Position numbers and translations under genes: made by a program. This document shows positions 52,201-61,351 of a stretch of 64,000 nucleotides of DNA, in pieces; positions within the stretch are counted from its first letter, which is position 1, and each line of letters begins with the position of its first letter. A model generated the notes under the pieces. The model made no database searches, was not told where the DNA came from, and saw nothing but the letters and a program-made list of their open reading frames with translations. The stretch spans positions 11,844,001 to 11,908,000 of the forward strand of contig NC_087245.1 in NCBI RefSeq assembly GCF_037042905.1, read 5' to 3'. The DNA is from Lytechinus pictus (Eukaryota).

Positions 52201-54235
52201 GTTGCGTGTATTCACACATAATATTTTACATATTATCATGTCCAAGAACCGTGGTTGCATTTGCTGCCCCACGGAAAGTCACAATTTTAGCGACCATCCC
52301 ACAGTCTAAATGACCTAGTGACTTTTTATCTTTCCTAGAGTATACTTTTCACTTTTAAGATTGATTTGTGACGAGCCTGTGACTTAAAAGTTGTGACTTG
52401 CAAATTGACGACACCCCCCCTCCAAAAAAAAAAATGTCCCTCCAACAATTATAATATAGTTATTAGACTCTATTTAGATCTACAACTAAAATGTAAATTT
52501 CATATAAATAATTATTTGTTAAAGGTCAAGTCCACCCCAGAGAAATGTTGATTTGAATAAATAGAGAAAAATAAAACTAGCAAATCGCTGAAAATTTCAT
52601 CAAAATCGGATGGAAAATAAGAAAGTTGTGACACTTTAAAGTTTTGCTTATTTTTCACAAAACAGTGATATGCACAACTCAAATGAGAAAGTCGATGATG
52701 TCCCTCACTCACTATTTCTTTTGTTTATTGTTTGAATTATACAATATTTCATTTATTGTAGATTTGACAATAAGGACCAACTTGACTGAATCATATAGTA
52801 TCAATCAATGCTCATTCCACATGTTCAGAGAGGAATTAATCATTGTATTTGTTTCACTTGACAATGAGGAGAAAAATAGAATATTCCCCATTTCATATAA
52901 TGAAATACAAAAGAAATAGTGAGTGGATGACATCATCAGTCTCCTCATTTGCATACCCACCAGGATGTGCATATAACTGTTTTGTAAAATTAAGCAAAAC
53001 TTTAAAATGTCGTAACTTTCTTATTTTACATCCGTTTTTGATGAAATTTTCAGTGTTATGCTTGTTCGATTTTTCTCTTTTTATTCAAATCAATATTTTA
53101 TTGGGGTGGACTTGTCCTTTAAATAGACCTAATAATTCTTCTATAAATTGTTCTCCAAAACGACACCTCATAACGTAGCTCATCGTACATGTAGCTACAT
53201 CGTAACAAAGTGAGTCAAGCCTATTGTAGGAATGGGGGGGGGGTCCGGTGTCCAGACATTTTAAAATTTTGAAACCTTCTTTTTTTGTCTTTGGATTGCA
53301 CAAAAAATATGAATTCAATAGTGGTAACTATTTTAGTTTTGTTCTTTATGATATTGCTTAAGACTTTGCACAAAAACATTTTAATTTTTTTTTTCTCCTC
53401 GTACACAGACGGCTCTCTATCGTGCAGCCACCATTAGGGGTTAACAATGCAAAAATCCCCCCGACGGGGCTCATCAATTTTTGTCTTTATTTCATAAAAA
53501 TATATAAAAAGAAATGTACCAAAATGAAGATTATTATATTATTCAGTTTTGGCCTGAAAGGCACCAAAATGGGGGAAAATAAACTTAAAAGGGGATAAAA
53601 CAGTGATTTACTTTGGCTGTCGCGCAACTTCACTTCCCTGTTAGCTGTTTTATCCGAACTTAAATACATAAATAAACATATATGGCCATTGCCATTGTCC
53701 CTGAAGAAAGTGTACGTGTAGGCTGTACAGATCGAGCTAGAACTTCGGTCTCTGTGTGATGTGAGTGGAGCCAACGCAGAGTTCAGCGGAACAACCAACA
53801 TAACAGAGACCCAAGCTTTTGGTCTACACGTCCCTGTAAGTTGTAACACCTATATATGTGAGTGCCCCCCCCCCCCCCCCCCCCCCCGCGGATCGGTCCA
53901 ACATACCAGTAGTTGGTACAAGATCTCACGGATCCCGTCGGCCTAGAAAGATCTAGAAACATGCACATGCTCCCTAACGACAATCACACACATGACACAC
54001 ATTCAACTTCTATGTGGCAGCCCGATCCGAGTGCGCGACACAGGGACCAGACCGTAACCATAAAATGCGAACTAAAATAACAACACAGTCAATTGCTGTG
54101 AAAGTTTTACATAATATAAAAGCAAATTCTACTTCACGACTCTTACTCTTGATTAGTTTCCATTCCATTTTCTTGAGGCGTTTCGGATGTATCAGTGGTT
54201 TGAAAATCCGTCTCGTTTCCAGTCGGGTCACCCAT
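22400..54235 (-). CDS. DNAJC7: DnaJ homolog subfamily C member 7 (TPR repeats + C-terminal J domain), 13 coding exons, 508 aa
   Basis: Manually spliced exons 54147-54235, 49327-49415, 47613-47737, 36988-37101, 31516-31590, 30158-30276, 29455-29608, 27985-28149, 26121-26212, 25535-25608, 24089-24235, 23076-23228, 22400-22530. All GT-AG, phases match, total 1527 nt. Diagnostic motifs: [99 protein letters not shown]...FHFQF*. Confidence 0.96.
23076..23228 (-). CDS. DNAJC7: DNAJC7 exon 12 ([51 protein letters not shown])
   Basis: ACAATAG acceptor, GAG|GTAACA donor, J-domain helices III-IV. Confidence 0.96.
24089..24235 (-). CDS. DNAJC7: DNAJC7 exon 11 ([48 protein letters not shown]), J-domain start
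   Basis: TTCATTGTAG acceptor, CAG|GTTAGT donor; HPD motif split as CAC CCA G|AT. Confidence 0.96.
24480..25069. mobile_element. Kolobok-like TTAA MITE family K2, copy 1
   Basis: TTAA|AGGGGAATCCA...TGGATTCCCCT|TTAA; near-identical to 56452-57051. Confidence 0.88.
25535..25608 (-). CDS. DNAJC7: DNAJC7 exon 10 ([24 protein letters not shown])
   Basis: CCCATAG acceptor, G|GTAGGT donor. Confidence 0.95.
26121..26212 (-). CDS. DNAJC7: DNAJC7 exon 9 ([30 protein letters not shown](C))
   Basis: CCCGCAG acceptor, TG|GTGAGT donor. Confidence 0.95.
26264..27222. mobile_element. Helentron-associated interspersed element (HINE / DINE-1 / pearl-like)
   Basis: AACAAG start; subterminal IR GTCTCACCTGCAT (26286-26298) / ATGCAGGTGAGAC (27204-27216); terminal hairpin; 160-190-bp core repeats with TGACCTTTGACC; (GCC)n microsatellite; A-run end. 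Confidence 0.8.
27985..28149 (-). CDS. DNAJC7: DNAJC7 exon 8 ([55 protein letters not shown])
   Basis: CTTCTCAG acceptor, AAG|GTAAGT donor, TPR motifs. Confidence 0.96.
28571..29309. mobile_element. piggyBac-like MITE
   Basis: TTAA|CCCTAAAAG...CTTTTAGGG|TTAA; subterminal poly-G/poly-C. Confidence 0.82.
29455..29608 (-). CDS. DNAJC7: DNAJC7 exon 7 ([51 protein letters not shown])
   Basis: CTTTATAG acceptor, AAG|GTAAGA donor. Confidence 0.96.
30158..30276 (-). CDS. DNAJC7: DNAJC7 exon 6 ([39 protein letters not shown])
   Basis: TTTTACAG acceptor, AA|GTTAGT donor. Confidence 0.95.
30974..31301. mobile_element. MITE with CAGGCATG termini
   Basis: CAGGCATGAAAATT / AATTGTCATGCCTG; ATGTAT on both flanks; internal poly-T. 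Confidence 0.7.
31516..31590 (-). CDS. DNAJC7: DNAJC7 exon 5 ([25 protein letters not shown])
   Basis: CATGCAG acceptor, AAG|GTATCC donor, F.K.DFRK motif, 75 nt phase 0/0. Confidence 0.92.
32260..36801. mobile_element. Long-TIR DNA transposon derivative, Academ-like (TAG...CTA, 3-bp TSD)
   Basis: ~600-bp imperfect TIRs (32260-~32870 vs ~36140-36801), termini TAGAC.AGACC / GGTCTAGTCTA, AAT on both flanks. No intact transposase seen. Confidence 0.8.
34390..34800 (-). pseudogene. Degenerate L2/CR1-type reverse transcriptase fragment
   Basis: Frameshifted pieces [11 protein letters not shown]...FGI...[31 protein letters not shown]. Confidence 0.75.
36988..37101 (-). CDS. DNAJC7: DNAJC7 exon 4 ([38 protein letters not shown])
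   Basis: TTTGGCAG acceptor, GAG|GTGAAT donor, GHLRE.KC.L.LG motif. Confidence 0.95.
37510..38444. mobile_element. TTAA-flanked GG...CC MITE
   Basis: TTAA|GGACGTTCCACAGTTA...TAACTGTGGAACGTCC|TTAA. Confidence 0.82.
40348..41463. mobile_element. Academ-like long-TIR MITE (family B, copy 1)
   Basis: TAGACTGTGG...TACAGTCTA termini, TSD CAT, ~480-bp inverted arms (mirror ORFs 40394+ and 41170-). Confidence 0.85.
42181..46483 (+). pseudogene. LINE endonuclease-reverse transcriptase ORF, interrupted
   Basis: ORFs 42181-42948 and 42952-43717 are in the same frame, separated by one TAA (KHL*ILWVKL). Removing the insertion 43718-44850 plus one TSD copy (1141 nt) restores ...[17 protein letters not shown]... 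in frame with 44879-46483, giving ~1050 codons. Confidence 0.9.
43718..44850. mobile_element. Non-autonomous TIR element (8-bp TSD, hAT/P-like) nested in the LINE ORF
   Basis: Perfect 15-bp TIR CAACCAAAAAATTAC / GTAATTTTTTGGTTG. TSD GCACAGAC at 43710-43717 and 44851-44858. Subterminal GCCC(C/T)GGAAA repeats at both ends; internal (CA)n. Confidence 0.92.
47613..47737 (-). CDS. DNAJC7: DNAJC7 exon 3 ([41 protein letters not shown])
   Basis: TCGTCCAG acceptor, AAG|GTGAGT donor, TPR motif. Confidence 0.95.
49068..49238. mobile_element. Harbinger-like palindromic MITE (CWG target), copy 2
   Basis: CTG on both flanks; ~65-bp TIR. Confidence 0.82.
49327..49415 (-). CDS. DNAJC7: DNAJC7 exon 2 ([29 protein letters not shown])
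   Basis: TTTTTCAG acceptor, A|GTAAGT donor, TPR1 helix motif. Confidence 0.93.
49726..52308. mobile_element. Academ-like long-TIR MITE (family B, copy 2) carrying a nested insertion
   Basis: Same arms as 40348-41463; TAGAC...GTCTA termini; TSD AAT. Confidence 0.85.
50267..51640. mobile_element. hAT-like non-autonomous element nested in the Academ-like MITE
   Basis: TIR CAGGTGCGTAGCCAGG / CCTGGCTACGCGGTTG; 8-bp TSD TTCGTGCA (50259-50266, 51641-51648). Confidence 0.85.
52523..53118. mobile_element. Kolobok-like TTAA MITE family K1, copy 2
   Basis: TTAA|AGGTCAAGTCCACCCC...GGGGTGGACTTGTCCT|TTAA. Confidence 0.88.
54147..54235 (-). CDS. DNAJC7: DNAJC7 coding exon 1 ([29 protein letters not shown](D))
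   Basis: AAAATGG start context and donor GA|GTAAGA. Phase 2 matches the exon 2 acceptor. The N-terminus is poorly conserved, so this exon is less certain than the others. Confidence 0.75.
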
Positions 54236-56451
54236 TTTCGTCAGATATATCGGAATTGATTCTCGATAAGGTATCTACAATAGGACCAATGAATGAACAA
54301 AATTCTAACGAAGTTTCAAATCAGGGGGATTTCAAAGTACTTCCTTTTAGTTCCTCCAAATGCCTTGATCCAGGATTTGCAGGAATATTTGCACCTAAGA
54401 CATTGGAGGAGAATATGGACCCATGCTTAAGGCCAGTATCTAAAAATTAGGGCCATGTTTAGGGATTTTCCAGCATAAAACCGTACCCCATGTTTAGGGA
54501 CTAAAAAAAGGCGACCCATTCTCGGTACATCCCCGTATGCCTTATTTCCATCCCCCCCAGTACCCTCCCCCGGGGTCTTAACATTTGTAAGAAATATTCA
54601 ACAAAATAATTTGGCAGAACTGTTTCTATACCTATTGAATAATATTTTTTCAGTCAAACTTCAACAGGAAATAACCGTCTGTTAATTCTGGTAGTATTTA
54701 AAAAAATAACAAATTCTGACATTTTCTATCACAGATCAAGTGTATAGCCAACAATGCATGCAGCGGGAGCCGGAGCGGAACAACCAATGATTGTACGGAG
54801 ATTCGAGGTCAATCCTAGGGAAGCAAGGGGAGTATACCCCCCCCCCCCCCCCCGAGGCGGAAATCTCTCCCAAAAGGTAGGGGGACAAGGGGCTGGAAAA
54901 TTTGACAAGCAAAAAAAAAAACGTTATCACCCCAAGTTTAAGGTAATTTCGACGAAAATAAATTTGACAAGCAAAAAAAAAGAAAAAAAAAAAAAGGATA
55001 TCATCCCAAAAGTAAGGTCATCTCGTCCTAAAATACATGTTTTATTTTGATTTTGAATGATGTATTTCTTACCATCATAAAAGACCAAAAATAGTAGGGG
55101 GACATTTGATATTTTGAGTAGGGGGGACACGCCCCCCCCCCTGTCCCCCCCTGGGATTTCCGCCCATGCCCCCCCCCCCAAAAAAAAAAAAAAAAAAAAA
55201 AAAAACAAAAAACACCCACAAATTCACTTTTCAGTTGGGGGCGGCAGAACAAAGTTGAAAGGGGGAGGGGCCACCGACCGTGAGGCCGGGGGACAGGGCA
55301 CTATCTTAAAACAAAGGGGGGGAAACGACTTATCTATCCCCCTCACATGACTCATGAAACTTAAGGCATTATTCTCACAATATTTTTCCTTCATAAAAAT
55401 GAGAATATTGTTTTCGTAATTGTTTCTTACCAATGATGCTGTTATTGAACACATATACGTTTTCTCCTGCGCAGCGTTTTGTATTGAATAAGAACAGCCT
55501 CGTATTCCTCGAGATAATTATATGTGAAATTCATCACTTTAAAGTATCAGGAACACTTGTTCAAAAGGAAACTGGAAGCCATCAGAACATCATTGACTAA
55601 ACATTTTGAACAAATGGCTCATAAATGGGGCATTTCAATATTATAAGGGCGTATTAGAATAGGGCATTTCATTAGAGATAAAAAGGGATAAATTTCATTA
55701 TCAAAAAAAAAAGAAGAAGCAAAAGGGGCCAATCATTTTTTTTGTATTAGTATTTATAAAATCATTCAGTTCAAAATCATACAAGTAATACTAGTATATC
55801 AACAAAACACTGTTCACAAAGTCAAATAATTATTCATAATACAAACAATTGTACAAAAAAATACAAAATATAACATTCAAATCATCACAAAGTAAATTTG
55901 TAAAAAATAAAAAAAAATACAAATGTAACAAAAACCCGGAACAAAAAAGAATTTATAGCGACGCAATTGAACTGAATGAGTATTAGAAGTAAAACACCCT
56001 CCCATCCCACCCCCCCCCCCATATCCCATCCAAGCCCAGCCTAAGCGCGGCCTGTTTCCCTCCCCTAAACCCCAGCTAAAAGGCCTTCATTTCAATCTGC
56101 ATTCTGTACCGCTGCAACCATGCATGATCTAACTTGCGCACCTGAATCTTCACTCTAAATGCAAAAGAGCCACTCCGGCCCCCAATCACACCCCTCCCAA
56201 AGAGAGATATAAAAGACTAATAGAAACTCCAGAAGCGGGATCCATATCCCAAGAGCGCGCCATAGCTCTGGAGCGAACAGCGTATATCTATTTTTTATAT
56301 ATATATTTTTTTTTTTACATTTTCACTCCAGAAGGAACCACAATGCACCCCAAAGACTCAAAGCACACCACAAAATGACTGCCCCGATCCACTCCAAGAC
56401 TGAGTGCGACTACAGGGACCAGACCATCTCCCTCGCATTTAGAGTGTTTAA

Positions 56452-57051
56452 AGGGGAATCCAACCCAAATAAAAACTTGTTTTTATAAGAAAAAGACAAG
56501 TTGATAGGTGAAAGTTTGAACAATATTGGACAAACAACAAGAAAGTTATGAATTTTTAAAATTTGTAAATATTGGTAATCACTATATACTCATGGAGACT
56601 TCAAATTGGCCGCATATGGGATGTCATATATAGTGATGTAAGGCAAGGACTACTCTTCCATGTACTTCAATACATATTCTGGCTAAAATGTCATTTTTCC
56701 CAAAAGTTTTATTTCAAATTATATTTTTCTTTCATGAGGACATAAAACAATATACTACCTGGGTTATATTTAGATTACTGCCCCAGGGGAATGGGTACTT
56801 AGGAGAAAACCACAAATCCCTGATAATAAAGTACATGGCCTATGGGAAAGTTGTCCTTGCCCCTTGTCATAATTCACTTACTCAGTTGCCAATATGAAAT
56901 CTATACATGCACATACTATTAGTGATCTCAATTTTAAAGCAGCTATAACTTTCTTATTGCTTGTCCGATTTCTTTCAAACTTTCACTATTCTGTTAAGTT
57001 TAGTTTTCTCCTTCCCAACACAACATTTTATGGCCAAGGCTGGATTCCCCT
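56452..57051. mobile_element. Kolobok-like TTAA MITE family K2, copy 2
   Basis: Same termini and internal sequence as 24480-25069. Confidence 0.88.
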
Positions 57052-57197
57052 TTAATAACTGTATGCTTGAAACTTTCTTTGCCCCAGCATCCCTAAAAAA
57101 TAAATTTGTCCCATTTTCTGAAATGGTTTGTTAATAGACCTCTCTGTTAAGCTAGTTTTCTTTCTTCTATGAAAGAAAGAAAGAAAGAAAGAACGGA

Positions 57198-57228
<31 letters not shown>

Positions 57229-58052
57229 CGAAAGAAAGAAAAGGAGGAAAGAGGAGAAAAAAGGGAAAGAAAAAACATAGAGAGAAGAAAGGTACAAATG
57301 GAAATATCCCACATTGCCCAGCGCATGTTCGAGAGTCCATCACTAAAGCAGGGGCTAAAGCAGGGGCCGCGGAACGGTTTTCAAAGTGGGGGGGGGGGGG
57401 GCTGACCATTCAAAAATCACAATCGTATGGTAATTTCTTAATTTTTTTACACGGTTTTGGGAAAAAGTGAGGGGGGGGGGCTGAAGCCCCCCCCCCCCCC
57501 CGACCAAGAATGAAGGAGAAAATAAAGCAGGCGCGGATCTAGCTTTTTTCCAAGAGGGAATTTGACCGAGAAATTTGAAAAAAAGGGGGGTTCACTACAA
57601 AAGAAGGTCATTTTGGTAGCTAGAAATTTGAAAAGCACAAAAAAGGAGTTGGCTCCAAAGGGGGGGGGGGGGGGTAAACCCCCAACACACTGCCGTGTGT
57701 TGCTGTCCTCTACGTTCGTTGGGAGTACCCATATGCCATACGTGTATTTCCAGTTCAGTGATTTACATGTACGAAACCATTTCCTGAAAACACTGGCCAG
57801 TAAAAACATCTATTTTACTGATTCTCTACGAAATGACGTGGTCGAAGAAATGGATGTTGGGTGTAGGTAAATTTCATAATTTCAATTTTATTCTGGTGTT
57901 AGTAATGATATGTTTTCATCGATTATGAAATATATAAATAAATATAACGAAAATTATATTTTGGCGAATTTGGGTAAAGAAGTTAACTCGCAGAGTCGCA
58001 GGCTCGGCTGGGATCGTGCTATGAAACACACGGTAACTCCTGGAGCTCCAAT

Positions 58053-61000
58053 GGGAAATAATAAGATGGCAAATATAGCGATCTTCAACGCTTATATATA
58101 AGCGTCGAAATTTGTAGCCATCTCCTTGTATTAGTCTATAATATACGACGTGTCAAATTGTAGCGAACTAGTTCGCCATTTCCAGATCTCCTCTATATAT
58201 ATATATACGAGGGGGAATTGTAGCGAACTAGTTCGCTATTTTCCAGATCTCCTCTATATACAAACGACGGGAAATTGTAGCGAACTAGTTCGCTATTTTT
58301 CGGATCTCCTCGATATATACACGAGGGGAATTGTAGCGAACTAGTTCGCTATTTTCCAGATCTCCTCTATATACAAACGACGGGAAATTGTAGCGAACTA
58401 GTTCGCTATTTTTCGGATCTCCTCGATATATACACAAGGGGAATTGTAGCGAACTAGTTCGCTATTTTCCAGATCTCCTCTATATACATACTACGGGATT
58501 TGTAGCGAACTATATACGAGGGGGCATTGTAGCGAACTACTTCGCTATTTTTTTGATCTCCTCTATATATACACCAGGGGGGAATTGTAGCAAACTAGTT
58601 CGCTATTTTTCGGATCTCCTCTACATGTATACGACAGGAAATTGTTGCAAACTAGTTCGCCATTTCTCATCTCCTCTCTAAAATATAAACATGGCAAACT
58701 GTAGCGAACTAGTTGGCAATTTTTCTGATCTCTTCATATACACGAGGGGGAAATTGTAGCGAACTAGTTGTCATTTTTTCCAAAGCTTACATTATTGTGA
58801 AGGCTTCAAAGTGAAAATCTGCAGGTTTTGGCTGTATATATTGATGCCATATTGTCAAATTGTAGCAGACTAGTTCGCTATTTTCCAGATCTCCTCTATA
58901 TATATATACGAGGGGGAATTGTAGCGAACCAGTTCGCTATTTTCCAGATCTCCTCTATATCCATACGACGGGATTTGTAGCTAACTAGTTCGCTACTTTT
59001 CGGATCTCCTCTATAAAATTATATACACGAGGGGGAATTGTAGCGAACTAGTTCGCTACAATTCCGTCTCTTGTATATATAAAGATTAGAAAAATAGCGA
59101 ACTAGTTCACTAATTCCTCCTCGTGTATAAAATTTTATAGAGGAGATCCGAAAAATAGCAAACTAGTTCGCTACAATTTTCCGTCGTATATATAAAGAGG
59201 AGATCCAAAAAATAGCGAACTAGTTCGCTACAAAAGAAGAGATCCGAAAAATAGCGAACTAGTTCGCTATAATTTCCCGTCGTATATATCGTCGGCGTTC
59301 ATCCGAACCGTCGTATCAGTCAATTTTGGTCAAAAAATCGATTTTGAGATATTTGCAGAAAATTAATGTACAAGTCCTATTCTATTCATAAATTAATTTC
59401 TAGGCAGCAATTTATTTTAGTTTGTGAGATATGATGGAATTTTCACGGCGATGACATACAATTTTTTAATAAAATGCGCAAATCCCATTGGAAACGTCTA
59501 CTGTAACAGAGCGATACGACGTTTTGACTGACCGCGATTTCAGTGCGCGCGGTCAACCAAGCTGTCGTATCGGCCATCTGCGCTGCATTGACTTTGCACG
59601 TGAAAAGCGATACGACGTTTTGACTGACCGCGCGCATTCAAATCGCGGTCAGGGTTGTTGTTTTCCCTATGGCGTTTTCGTACAGGGGAAATCTAAACCA
59701 CTCAAACCGAAATTACAAGCACGGAGTTCTTTTGAGATATTTTCTATAATCCTTGGTTTTGTGCAAAGATAAGGATACCATTGTCAAGCAATTATCTTGG
59801 TCTTTCCAACCATGTATTTTTCTAGCAATGAATATGTTGTAAGCCCGGAGAACTAAGTGTGAAAATCATAGTAACTTTGAAGTCGATTTTCTCTGAAATG
59901 GGTTTTCAACCGTCGTATGTGGATACGACGGTTCGGATGACCGCCGACGAATATATAAAGAGGAGATCCAAAAAATAGCGAACTAGTTCGCTACAAAAGA
60001 AGAGATCCGAAAAATAGCGAACTAGTTCGCTATAATTTCCCGTCGTATATATATAAAGAGGAGATCTGGAAAATAGCGAACTAGTTCGCTATGATTTCCC
60101 GTCGTATATATAGGGAGAGGAAATCCGAAAAATAGCGAACAAATCCCGTAGTATGTATCTAGAGGAGATCTGGAAAATAGCGAACTAGTTCGCTACAATT
60201 CCCCCTCGTGTATATATCGAGGAGATCCGAAAAATAGCGAACTAGTTCGCTACAATTTTCTGTCGTATATAGAGGAGATCCGAAAAATAGCGAACTAGTT
60301 CGCTACAAAAGAAGAGATCCGAAAAATAGCGAACTAGTTCGCTACAATTTCCCGTCGTATATATATATAGAGGAGATCTGGAAAATAGCGAACTAGTTCG
60401 CTACAATTTCCCGTCGTATATATATATAGAGGAAATCCGAAAAATAGCGAACTAGTTCGCTACAAATCCCGTAGTATGTATCTAGAGGAGATCTGGAAAA
60501 TAGCGAACTAGTTCGCTACAATTCCCCCTCGTGTATATATCGAGGAGATCCGAAAAATAGCGAACTAGTTCGCTACAATTTTCTGTCGTATATAGAGGAG
60601 ATCCGAAAAATAGCGAACTAGTTCGCTACAAAAGAAGAGATCCGAAAAATAGCGAACTAGTTCGCTACAATTTCCCGTCGTATATATATATAGAGGAGAT
60701 CTGGAAAATAGCGAACTAGTTCGCTACAATTTCCCGTCGTATATATATATAGAGGAAATCCGAAAAATAGCGAACTAGTTCGCTACAAATCCCGTAGTAT
60801 GTATCTAGAGGAGATCTGGAAAATAGCGAACTAGTTCGCTACAATTCCCCCTCGTGTATATATATCGAGGAGATCCGAAAAATAGCGAACTAGTTCGCTA
60901 CAATTTCCCGTCGTTTGTATATAGAGGAGATCTAGAAAATAGCGAACTAGTTCGCTACAATTCCCCCTCGTATATATATATATATAGAGGAGATCTGGAA

Positions 61001-61187
61001 AATAGCGAACTAGTTCGCTACAATTCCCCCTCGTATATATATATATAGAGGAGATCTGGAAATAGCGAACTAGTTCGCTACAATTTGACACGTCGTATAT
61101 TATAGACTAATACAAGGAGATGGCTACAAATTTCGACGCTTATATATAAGCGTTGAAGATCGCTATATTTGCCATCTATAAAATACC
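58053..61187. mobile_element. Foldback (Mutator-like) element with arms made of ~40-60-bp subrepeats around the palindrome TAGCGAACTAGTTCGCTA
   Basis: GG...CC ends and a 10-bp direct repeat GAGCTCCAAT at 58043-58052 and 61188-61197. ~100-bp unique perfect inverted ends from 58064 and 61177. About 40 core copies; orientation flips at ~59050. Confidence 0.85.
59289..59950. mobile_element. MITE nested in the foldback element
   Basis: ~29-bp TIR TCGTCGGCGTTCATCCGAACCGTCGTATC / GATACGACGGTTCGGATGACCGCCGACGA, inserted in a (TA)n stretch. Internal direct repeat GCGATACGACGTTTTGACTGACCGCG x2. Confidence 0.8.
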
Positions 61188-61351
61188 GAGCTCCAATCGG
61201 AGTGCGGCCGGCGGCAGAGCTCGAGATTCGCTCGCCGAGCTAGCCTATATTTTTCAAATTACCGGTAACACTAGATCTAACGTTAACGTTTAGCATCTAT
61301 GACATTTGACAAGGGAAACGGGTTCAAATTTTTAGTTATTATAATATTAAG

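Noticed and set aside
54290..54325. Heat-shock element upstream of DNAJC7
   Set aside because: Only GAAnnTTC is correctly spaced and the third unit is off-register, so it cannot be supported.
58150..61090. CRISPR-like array (palindromic repeat with ~25-35-bp intervening sequence)
   Set aside because: The intervening sequences are variants of one another, the array flips orientation mid-way and is bounded by TIR/TSD. The context is an intron-rich eukaryote with no cas genes.
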